From Carcharhinus longimanus (lineage: Eukaryota), in contig JASCQW010000184.1 in NCBI GenBank assembly GCA_030264375.1, forward strand, positions 6,477,523 through 6,541,522: a stretch of DNA of 64,000 nt. The letters are read 5' to 3'. The position numbers and the translations under genes were made by a program. The notes beneath the pieces were generated by a model. It was not told the DNA's origin. It did no database searches and saw nothing but the letters and a program-made list of their open reading frames with translations. Of the stretch, positions 53,341-64,000 are shown in pieces. Position 1 is the first letter of the stretch. Every line of letters starts with the position of its first letter.

Positions 53341-54017
53341 ATCAATTGCAACAGCATTACCTACCTGACATGCCACTAATAAATTCCTCCAATGGAACCC
53401 GAATAGCTTTAGCTTAATAGCAGCATTCTTGCCTGATTGAGAAAATCATAAATGAGGACCCAACTCCAGAGATTGGACAACATAATCTAAACTGACACTT
53501 CTATATAGCACTGGAGGCTATTCAACCCATCATATTTTTACCAGCTCTTTGTAAAATCTACTCAATTAGTTGCACTCCCCTTCCTTTTCCCATAGCTCTA
53601 CAAATTTCTCCAAGCATATATTCAATTCTCCTTTCAAAGCTTATTATTGAATCTGTTTTCACTAACTTATCAGGTAGTGCATTTTGTAACAACTTGCTAT
53701 GTTTAAGAAACCTACTTTCCCTTGCAAGAATTCTTCCAGAAGTTCAATGAAGAAAGCCAAGAATATCTTAAAGCAGTTGGATCGGAATTTATATAAGCAG
53801 CTCTTATTTTAGCATAGCAATTATCTATTACTAGGCAAGTAAAATTCAATTGCTTAAAAATGAAATTGATTAATGATTTACCAAGTCACCAAATTATCTA
53901 TTGACTGCCTTCTGAAATCAATCCAACTACACAGGTTAGCTGATTTTGGATACACTGTTGGAAGGATTTCTAAATTCCAATGGTATAGGATCCATACTGC
54001 AGCCATGACCAACAGAA

Positions 54018-57000
54018 CAAGGTGGATTTACAATGAAACACACTACGCCTAGGCACAAGGCCCTGACCTGAGCTTGAATTGAAGTTGATAAAAATGTGGG
54101 ATTGACTGTGCAAACGCCATTGAAATCAAGATCAGTTTTTTTAGCAATATGAGGTGATACGATCAATCTGACAGTCAAAAACGCAGAAAATTGAAGGTGA
54201 GACAAGAGGATGAAGTCAGGCAAAAAGACAGCTTGTCATTTTACTTTAAAAAGTTCAAAGTATTGAGCAGTGCACAAACTGCGCATTCCTCCTCATCCAC
54301 CAAATGTATGGATGGATTATCTGATGATTAGACTTGCTGATTTCCAGAGATACCATATCACCTGAAAAAGTTGAACAAGAAGTGGACTCTGAAATGACAA
54401 TGGAACTACAAGATATTACTGATTCTTCTGTAGAAGTGAGGGAAGAAACCTACCCTGAAGATATTGCCTTATGGCTAGAATCTGTTCCACTGGGTATGAT
54501 GGAATATTTATAATAGATAATACGGAAAATTTGAGAAAAAGTTTGAGGTTGGATGCCGAAAACAGATTAGAAGTGTTCATAAGTCTCATTTTTCTGAGGG
54601 TGAAGAGAAATGGAATGATGGAAATGAGAAATCAGTTGATTTTTTCCTCCTGAAACCTCTCATGGAGTCTACTGTTATTTACCTATAATTCTCTGATCCC
54701 AGAAAGGGCAAACAAGCATTTGCAATGGGTCATCTAACTGGAGAAACGTTGGAAGAGATATTGCTGATCATGAAACTTCCAAAGCTCATCTTAAAGCTAT
54801 ATGTGCATTCATGTAAAGATGTAAATTATCTGGAAAAATTGCTTCTGCATTATCGGCTCAGATTGAAAAGTAGTGTTCTTACCCCAGGAAAACGTTGAGA
54901 CATGTTGTTGCCACTGTCAAACCGCTGTCTTCTTTGAGACCACCTCTAAGAGGACATGATGAGGTATCATTGTCAATTTAGAGGTAATTTTGCCTTGAAC
55001 ATCTCGAGTGAATTTGATGAGTTTCTCAATCAGCATCTAAAAAGTTATCAATATTGTGGCACAGGGAAGACTAACTTTTTAACGCACCAAACCTATAATG
55101 ACTTCATCACTAATGGCAGAGTGGCTCAGAAAGCAATTCACTAATGATGTTAAAGATGCCAAATACTATTCCATAATAGTTGATTCAACACCATACGCAG
55201 ATCATATGAACCAATTAACAATAATTTTAGCATATGTCACCAATGGTGAAGAAGTTGTAGAGTGATTTCTTTTTGTCCAGCTACACACTCACTCTTCTGG
55301 AAATCATTGCAAATTTGAGTTTGGACATCAAAAATTGCAATGGGCAGAGCTTCATTAATGCCACAAATATGGCAGAAAATATTCAGGTCTATAAGCAAGG
55401 CTGAACGATGCAAGCCTCTGTGCATTATTCATCCCATGTTCCAGTCACTTTTGAATTTAATCTGCAACACTGCAGCTGAATCCTGTGAGGGGGCTGTAGA
55501 TTCTTTAGACTTTGTTCCAAACATGTATGCTTTTTTTGTTGGTTTCCATACATTGGTGGAATATGTTGCAATCACGCTTGGAGTAGGCAATGGAAAACAT
55601 TTGCTGATATAAAAAAACCTTATTAGACATAGCCACATCAAATTCAAAAAAATCATGAGCAAAAACTGAGGCAAAATCCTTAGCAGAGAAGTTTGAGAGG
55701 TATGATGTTGCTGTCTTTACTCTTTTGTGGAACTGTTTACTTCAAAGAATTAATGCTGTTAGCAAATTACTGCAAAATATTGATACAACCTTGTTGAATA
55801 GCCTCAGTCAAAAGTTGTGTCATGGAAGTTCAAAATGACTGTAGTTCGATAGAAGCAGAGACACTAACATTAACAAAAAAATGCAAGTCCTTCGTACAAG
55901 ATACAGGAAGTTATTTTTCGCTGGACCTGGAGACAATTTAAAATAGAAAGAGAAGATCACTGTTGAGGCTGTCAATGTTATCCGTGACACAATAATGGTG
56001 CAATTGCAGAGTAAAGTGAATATCTGAAGAAAACTGATTTATTTTGTGTGCTTTTCAACAGAAGCTTGGATGGAAATGTTAAAAGCCATTGCAGTAAGAA
56101 ATTAAATGAATTCTACTGGGGGACATGAGAAGATGAAGTAAAACTCATTAATTTCATCGATAATGATGAGCTTAAGTGCCTTGAGATCACCAGCTGACTT
56201 GTATAGACCTGTATGTGATGGCTTGCAAGTAACCTTTCCAAAGGTGGAAACCATTCTGAAAACATTTTTAACAATATCTGTCATAAATGCTTTCGGTGAA
56301 TGTTATTTTTCTGCATTGAAAAGAGGTAAAAATTATTTACGAAGTATGAAGAAGCAGAAACATTTGACAAGTTCAGCAATATTGACGATTCAAAGGGTGA
56401 CTTTACAAGATTTTACTTACAATGACATAATGGATGATTTTGTGAAGAGTTATCCAAATTGGCATGCCAACAAGGGATGAAGCAAGAAAAACCTTTTAAA
56501 AAAACTGTCCCTCTTCCATATTCTCATTTAACTTCTCTTTTTCAAAATGGACCATTGCTGGTCTGATATAATTGCCACAGCTGGTCACGTGTGGTAGTTC
56601 TAACTACCGTTGTTCTTAAGATGTGCCTACAAAAAGTCTCTTCTAGGACAAAGAATGGAATCCTGCAGACAATGCCAATGATATTGGATTGGACTCTCCG
56701 TTCACATAATTTTACAGCAATAACTTCTTTGATTTTGTGAGAAGTTAACTTTTATGTTTGAAACTGAATGAGACTCTGAAAAATACTGAATGGAAGTATA
56801 TGTACTTTGTCGATTGCTGTATTCGCTCCTGCACTGGCTCATTCTGTCCTGCACTGCAGTGAAGTCATTGGCTGATTTTTCCATCTCATTTCTCATTAGT
56901 AAATTCCATGTTTGCTTGCCTGTAGACTCGCATCGCAACATTGACCAACTTTACCATCATTCGGACAAGGGATAAGCTTGGATTTCAATTCAGCAATATT

Positions 57001-57145
57001 CATACAGATGTTTTTACAAGTTAAAAAACACCAAAGCAGTGATCAATTTGTGCATTATTGCCTTTGCATTCTATGGGGCGTGGGTGGGAGGGCACCTATA
57101 AATGAAGGTGAAGTCGGGGCCCCACGAACTGCAAATCTGCCTCCG
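54018..57145 (+). mobile_element. Near full-length degenerate hAT (Tip100/ZMYM1-like) transposon
   Basis: PLRGHDE (~54945), AKYYSIIVDSTP..DHMNQLTIILAYV (~55157, catalytic Asp motif), dimerisation domain TFPKVETILKTFLTISVINAFGECYFSALKRGKNYLRS (~56230). Imperfect TIRs AGGTGGATTTACA / AGGCAGATTTGCA. Confidence 0.85.
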
Positions 57146-60100
57146 AACATTTAATTAATCTTGCAGTCAAGTGAAAAGCTGCAGTACCCATCTTCTGCAA
57201 TTTACTAAGCCATTCAAAAGGATTACACTAAGAGACTACACAATACTTGAAAGTTGGCAGGTGCTTTTAAAATGCCNNNNNNNNNNNNNNNNNNNNNNNN
57301 NNNNNNNNNNNNNNGAACTAACTTGCCCTAATTCTATGTTGCAACTGTGTCTATTTTCTTTTGAGAGAGTCATTAGCATAGAGCAATTCTGTTAGTTTTT
57401 TTGGGTTTTCGCTAATTTACAAATATGTTAAGTACAGAGTAAAACAGGGTTGGCGATCACATTAAATTACCATAAGTTTTGCAGACTTTAATCTTATTAC
57501 TTAAAGATAGAAGGCAAGATTTTTTCCTGACCGCAAAATAAATATAACAGCAGAGGTCCGAGAGTTTAAAGTATATTTACAAAGTGTACAGTCCGAGGAA
57601 CACTTTAAATTTCTACAATTTACTCCTTGGAAAATCATCAAACTGCTTTTTTAAAAACTTTTTAAGACTACCCATAAATTGTGTATTAAACAGGAAAACT
57701 GCATAATCTAAAAAGCTGCAGTACTTAACAAATTAAATTACTGGACTAATTCTTACTTATGTTTATCAGTGGATAATCAACTTCATATAGATTTGCTGCA
57801 ATTTTTAACTGCAGAATACTTGGCATGCAAATATCAAGTTAACAAAAACCAGAGGTACATAAACTTTGGAGATTAACTTGGTTGGAATAAAAGCATAAGC
57901 ATTCATCTACTGTTAATAACTATTCTGCAAACTTCTTAAATCTAGTACTCAGTTAAATGCTGAGCAATGCTACAGGAGATGAGTAATAATTATTCAATTA
58001 GTACATTAGAAAATATGACACATCTGTCACACTGAAATGTTAAAAGTAGAGCTAACCTTGAATTTTGTGTATTTATAAATTTCAAAGCAAAGTGTACCAT
58101 GACCTCAGAGATAAGTGACAGGAAACACAATGTAACTAAATCCAAGGGTTTATTTCCGAAACTGCCTGTTACATACATGGATAAATTTATTAATGTAACT
58201 GTTACGTGAGGGAGGCCAATATATTTACCCGTAGCACACGAAGAAAACACTGAACAAGGTTTTTTTAAAATGTGTGAGCAGTGTCACAGGACATTATATA
58301 GCATTCTGCTTAGAGTATTCCAATATCCGCCAGGAAAACAAAATCACAAACTGTTAAAGATTTATAGCAGTCATTTGTGTTTTAAAATGTTTCTGTCAAT
58401 GGCCCATGCCAAGCTAAGAAAGTTGAGCCTTAAATTCATGAGCTTCACTGAGCTATTACTGTTGGATGAATGAGGCTCAACCAGGTAGCAATTTGGAATA
58501 TTCCAGCATTATACCGCAATCTAATATATAAGGCAATCTGTGCCTTTCAATTCTCAGAATGCAACATAAAGCTGCCTAACTCAAGTCTTGTGAATACCAT
58601 CACGATTTGGAGCTGCGGCAAGAGTTCTTTTTTAGATAGCAGGACTGGCCATTCAAAAATCATACTGGGNNNNNNNNNNATTTGAAAATCCCATCTCCTG
58701 TTCAGCAATGGAAATGTCACGTGTGTGAAGTATCCGTCAGGCTAACAAAATTATTAGGATCCGAAAAAAAATCCCTCAGTGCCCCATTTTAAAGTTTCTC
58801 CACATACTTTCAGTGGCTACGTGCACCATTCCCCTTTCATTGCAACAATGTAACTTCTGATTCTTCATAAGTTATGCCACGAGATATCCACATACTTTAA
58901 AACTATAACTTTGTGCTCAAAATTAATAATTAAAAAGGGAATATGGCAGAGGAGGAAGTGATTGAACAGTACAATCTCTTCTCTCCAAAATATAGATGAG
59001 AAAAAGAGAAAGAACAAACAGATGTAAACAAGATAGCCTCAAACAAAATCTGTAATATTCTTTAAAAGCATAGAACAAGAGTAAAAGATAGAATTAGAGG
59101 GTATGTGGGCACAGCTTGGAAGAAGTCGCCACGCTCCGGCACCATCTTGGTCATGGTTCTTAGGAACACACATTCCAGATCAGAACGTCATCCATGCCGG
59201 CAAGAAGTGCAAAAGTGATCAAAGCCACCTGCTGACTACAATCATTGTGGTTGTGGCTTATGCAAGTTCATATCAGTTTCAATTGTTTGGATACCAGCTT
59301 TGAAGACCACTAGGATCTTCAACTTCATCCAGTCATGGTTCCAACTATGTATGAAATAACTGGTAACAATTACACAAGGCAGCAGCACGTCATCTTCGAT
59401 CTAAATCTCTCACTTTCCAGGAACTTCTGGTTTTTGCCTCATAAACCCAATTGCATTTCTTCAGGAGTCCTGGAGAAAGCATAATTGCATTTTCTGACAC
59501 CTCAGTATCATCACAGCCATTCCAGCTCACACTCCCACCAATTCACTTTGTTGTTAAAACTCAACTCGCCAGCTTCAATTGTATTAAATCCCACTCTGCC
59601 CAGAGAGAAAGAGTCAATACATGCTTGTGTGTTAAAGAAGTTCAGAAAGATTCTGGGACTCCTGGCAGGAAGGACAGGTATTTTATTTTTAAAATTGCAC
59701 ATGTTGTATGAGATGATGGACCCTTCAATAGCAGTTCGGATAGCCTCAGCAATTTACCAATAATTTAATGATCTATTACTTCTTGATATTCAGGTTCCAA
59801 ATTATTTTTCTACTTATGTTTCAGTAACTTCTTTAGTGTCATTTCTCACTGAATATTAACTCTGATGACCTCTGGTTTCAATATCCAACTCTCACATGAA
59901 AAGCGAGGTAAAGGTCTATTGTATCAGTCATTGCCTCACTTAATTCTTAGCAGTTCAACCCCTACATTGACCATTGTTTTATGACTGTCTACAGTAAACC
60001 TTTTTAATTGCTTTTTTTTGCCAATTCTCTCTAACCCATTAGCTTCTTTAACCTGTTTGTAGTTTTCCTACATATTCTTTACATTTGTCCTTTCATTTTT

Positions 60101-60333
60101 ATTATTACCCTGTTAAAAACTGGATAATTCTTTCAAAGGTTTGAATTTGATCTGATATCCCAATTCAGCCATTTAATCCAATCCTTCAGGACACTTTTTC
60201 CCATCACTGGAATGTTCTTGATTTGCAGACATTCCATCTCCTGCTTAAATATATTGCCGATCTATGGTTCTATTTGTCATTTTTCCCTAAGCAAAGATCC
60301 CTTGCTACCTTGTTTTAATTTCAGTAAGTAGTC

Positions 60334-60455
60334 TTACACTAGGTCAAAGTCACCTGATGAAGGAGTGATGCTCTGAAAACTTGTGCTACCAAATAAACCT
60401 GTGAACTTTATCCTGGTGTTGAGACTACTTAATGTGCCTACCCCAGTCCAATGCC
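60334..60455 (+). mobile_element. Solo Penelope pseudo-LTR fragment with hammerhead-like core
   Basis: cacctgatgaaggagtgatgctctgaaaacttgtgctaccaaataaacctg..ctggtgttgagac..ccccagtccaatgcc. Confidence 0.75.
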
Positions 60456-60689
60456 AATAACTCCACATCTTAGTTTTAATTTGCCGTCTACTATTCACAA
60501 ACTCGTCTTGAACTTTAATTTTTTCCTCCTCTATTATAATATTGAGCCAATAGTCAATATTATATTGATTTGGTTTTCTATATCTTTTCCTTATTGGCAG
60601 AATACTTTCTTTACTCAGAATCGGAAAAGCTAGCACTTCCTTCCTTTTAGTAGTAGCAAAATAGTGAATGAGAAAACAGGGAAAAACAA

Positions 60690-61335
60690 ACAGTACTTTC
60701 GACAACTACCAAACATATCAAAGTGCTTTACTGCCAAAGTACTTTTGAAGTGTAGTTATTGTTGTAACGTAGAAAATGCAGCAACCAATTTGCACACAGC
60801 AAATCCCCACAAACAGCAATGTGATAATGACCAAATAATCTGTTTTATGATGTTAATTGAGGGATAAATATTGGCCAGGACACTGATCACAACTCCCCTG
60901 TTTGTTGAAATAGTCATGATGTGGCGATGCCGGCGTTGGACTGGGGTAAACACAGTAAGAAGTCTCACAACACCAGGTTAAAGTCCAAGAGGTTTATTTG
61001 GTAGCAAAATCCACTAGCTTCTGGAGCACTTGCTGCTCCTTTGTCACTCACCTGACGAAGAAGCAGCAAGCACTCAGAAAGCTTGTGGCCTGTGCTACCA
61101 AATAAACCTCTTGGACTTTAACCTGGTGTTGTGAGACTTCTTACGTCGAAATAGTGTCATGGAATCTTTTACCTCCACCTGAGCAAGCAGTTTAATGTCT
61201 CATCCAAAACATAGCACTTCTGAGAGTGCAGCGCTCAAGTACTGCACTGGAGTGTCAGCACATATTTTTGTGTACAAGCCCTAAAGTAGGACTTGAACTT
61301 GGAAGGCAAGAGTACTATAACTGATTGACGGCTGA
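60690..61335 (-). mobile_element. DeuSINE (SacSINE1-like) split by a Penelope palindrome
   Basis: Same consensus; resumes in register after 61144. Confidence 0.7.
60919..61144. mobile_element. Short palindromic Penelope pseudo-LTR pair nested in a DeuSINE
   Basis: gtaagaagtctcacaacaccaggttaaagtccaagaggtttatttggtagca is followed by its reverse complement ending at 61144. Hammerhead-like core at 61047-61088. Confidence 0.85.
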
Positions 61336-61835
61336 TATTCTGTCCCCAGAACATGACAGAAAAGACACTCTCTCTCTCCTTATCACAAACATTATTGCAG
61401 TCTATTTTTTTATAAATAAAATCCACTCTTATAGCCCTCTGCTAATCACTAATTTGTCTCCAAATTTCACCCTTACTTTCTACTGTTGGTATGTGCTCCC
61501 ATTTCCATTTCCCTTCCATACTTATAAAACTGGGGGGATCAGTTTGTCAGAATTCATTCATCAATCCTGCACTGAATAGGCCAGCAACACCTGGGATTCA
61601 ATAAAACTCGACTTCTGAAATAATCTAAACTTATTTTCTGTTGTAAAGTCCTTTTCATCATACTAAAACCCTATGATATTAAATAGATTGTTTTGAAAAA
61701 CTGATTACAAAATTATCTTCAAAATTAAGAGGCAAACCTACTGCAAGTTGAAGATGAATACAGTTTGGTGTATTGAAGTGTAGAAAAGCAAATGAGCAAT
61801 CGAGCAATGCATGTCTTTTACTGATTTTCACTCAC

Positions 61836-61860
61836 CCTTTTGATTTTGCTTTTTAGCCAT
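61836..61860 (-). CDS. SPATS2/SPATS2L: SPATS2-family protein, start-codon exon (coding part MAKKQNQK + first base of Asp codon)
   Basis: Minus strand reads ATG GCT AAA AAG CAA AAT CAA AAG G|gtgagt, a consensus phase-1 donor. Kozak context is GGGGATGG, an in-frame TAA lies 24 nt upstream, and there is no upstream ATG in 61861-62069. The peptide matches the human SPATS2 N-terminus MSRKQNQKD as I recall it. Paralog identity is unresolved. Confidence 0.88.
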
Positions 61861-62069
61861 CCCCGTTGTTTTTAAAAGAAAGTTTTAGGCGCACAGTCAC
61901 CGAGTTTAACTTGATGAACGGGAGCTTAGTAATCACCTTCTTCACTCCTCCAAGTAGGTGTAGTTTCCGTTAAAAGGTCTCTTCTCAGCAATGTACCTGG
62001 GACTCGCCTTGAACGCACTACAAATCGACAACAATTAATAAAGATTATTTTTGTTCTGTCCACTGCAGA
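61861..62069 (-). other. SPATS2/SPATS2L: 5' UTR portion of the start-codon exon
   Basis: ATG-free on the minus strand. The best acceptor is cactaat..ttttctgacag| at 62070-62071, with a branch-point-like CTAAT. An alternative acceptor ttttattccttttgtaag| lies at 62272-62273 beyond the gap. Confidence 0.55.
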
Positions 62070-62965
62070 CTGTCAGAAAATTTACAAGATTAGTGATCAC
62101 TCCCGACTTCCGTGGGATAAGACTTCAAATATTACAAAANNNNNNNNNNNNNNNNNNNNNNNNNNNNNNNNNNNNNNNNNNNNNNNNNNNNNNNNNNNNN
62201 NNNNNNNNNNNNNNNNNNNNNNNNNNNNNNNNNNNNNNNACTCCCGTCTTCCGTGGGATAAGACTTCAAATCTTACAAAAGGAATAAAACAGACACGCAA
62301 CAGCCTTTTAAAGAAAAATCAGGATAGACAAGTCTTATTACGGCGATGAGGGAGGGGGAGGGGGAGGGGAGGGGAGGAGGGGGGTGAGCGAAGATGGGGA
62401 GCTTTCTGTCACAAAGCCCTTTCTTTGTGGGGGCGATTCTGCAAAGGGGCCCAGTGATCAGTCAACACTTTGGGTCTTTTTTTTGGTCTCACAATCCTCC
62501 CCCCCCGCCAAACAAATGAAGCTTGCAGTCAGTGATCAGGCTTCCTTTCTTCGCCTACAGTTGCTTGTTTTTTTTAATTTTCCAGACTGGAGCGATCCAA
62601 TAATAAGAATAAAGCCTTTGTCCTCTCTTTTTCTCAATCCCCCTCTCTACTTAATTAAAACAGCCAGGTGGTCAGCCTGATCTCAACAGGACTGGTCTTG
62701 CAGACTGAGAGAAAGCTAACCCGAGCTTTCCTGGGGAAACTCGCCTCGCAAATTTTCCCCTCCCGCCTCTTCTCCACCTGGTGACTTTCCAAGACTTTTA
62801 AAGGTGAAGAAGCAGAATAAACAGTTATTTTAGTAAGGATTCTAAAGAGAGGTTAAGGGTGAACCTCCTTCAACAGACACGACGACAGTGCCACTTCTCA
62901 GACTGGACTCGCAACAAAACTCTCAGCAACTCGGCTCCGCCGCTCACTCCCTATACGTCACTTAC

Positions 62966-63026
62966 GCCCCGAAGAGGCGACTCGCGGACAAGCAAAAGCC
63001 GAGCGATTCCGAAAGACGCTCGACAC
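62966..63026 (-). other. SPATS2/SPATS2L: Probable non-coding 5' UTR exon (61 nt)
   Basis: Strong acceptor ttttcatttgtttctcctcag|GTG and donor GGC|gtaagt; CpG-rich; no ATG; same strand as and just upstream of the start exon. Confidence 0.65.
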
Positions 63027-64000
63027 CTGAGGAGAAACAAATGAAAAGTGCCTCCCACCCAAGAGTCTTGCTGGAGCCGAAATTAGTCGAACACAACTAA
63101 CCTTGACAAGTTTTCTTAAATCTATAAAACACGAGTGAGTTAAAAAAAAGTCTTCAATCCAGCTCAGAAGCAAGTAACTATGAGTTGCCCTTAGAGATCT
63201 GGAAAGTTCTAGAATGGTCAATTCTGCTAATTGTTCTGGAACATTCGACAGTCAAGATCAGATTTATGTTAGAAGCTGTGTTTTATTTCCTGTTTTTTTG
63301 AGGAAAACACTTTTTAAAAGGCACTCTTATATACGAATTATTTAAATGTTGTCGTCGAGAGTTTGCAGTTAATTCTGATGAAGAGTAACGCCACCTGCTG
63401 TGGTTTGAGCCCAGAGCCGGCAACATTTCCCCAAGGCGCCAAACACGGTGTTGGCCACTAATTCTCATTATTTTCTCCGCTTATTGATGTGAACCTGTCC
63501 GACACCGAATTTTGGACAATTTCCCCCAAGGTGAAAAGTTTCCCATTGAGTGTTTTCAAAATGTCTCCTGCAATGGTATCAAATGCGATGCTATTTTTGG
63601 CATTCACGCTATAACTAACTTTCCTGTAGTTATAGTGCAAACACGGCCCAGCTCTGAATCCATGACCGTTGTCTCATTTGAAGTTAGTTTGGGTTTTGAC
63701 ATCTAATTTACGTTCAAGCTTAGCATGAGTATCCAAAACAGATTTGCACTGAATGAAACCTGGTTGAATCTCTTTAATCAAGTTATTGCCTCGCCACTTT
63801 TCCAATGCCTTCTCCGTCCAACAGAGTGAAAGTCTGAACTAGGGAATTTCCTGCAATGCCTTTTCCAACCCCTGCAGCATTACCTCTGGAGTTCCTCGTG
63901 AATCTAACTCAAATCTGATCAATATCTCACGCACACTCAATATTTCTTGCTTTTATGTTGTGTTCTATATAAAACACAATTTCATTGTTCCTTTTATTGT

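Larger units (their letters stand above)
61860..63520. promoter_or_regulatory. CpG-enriched, repeat-free promoter-proximal region with CTCF-like motif
   Basis: CpG density is visibly higher than in the rest of the window and no SINE/LINE is recognisable. CTCF-like CCACAGCAGGTGGCG lies on the minus strand at 63389-63403, and a G-run tract at 62348-62384. Confidence 0.5.

Noticed and set aside
59100-59790. Possible L1/Tx1 ORF2 remnant on the minus strand
   Set aside because: Only faint motifs (CIDSF, WWE); not enough to call.

Overview
Vertebrate genomic DNA, almost certainly from a shark (HE1-type SINEs, HER1/CR1 LINEs, DeuSINE/SacSINE1-like copies, Penelope-like elements), in a gapped draft assembly. 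The window holds the 5' end of a minus-strand SPATS2/SPATS2L-family gene that the ORF track misses. It comprises a probable non-coding exon (62966-63026), the start-codon exon (CDS 61836-61860, MAKKQNQK), a ~57 kb intron and an 80-nt coding exon (4780-4859, DPTGVMFDTRFKAVMAQGGSNDNIKEK). I did not find the next exon in the window. The remainder is intronic and dominated by degenerate transposons. The most interesting non-genic signals are Penelope-like palindromes carrying minimal hammerhead-ribozyme motifs, a triple nuclear-receptor half-site array, a near full-length hAT fossil and a possible gag-like fragment. All family assignments come from motif recognition by eye, not database searches, and repeat boundaries are approximate (tens of bp).
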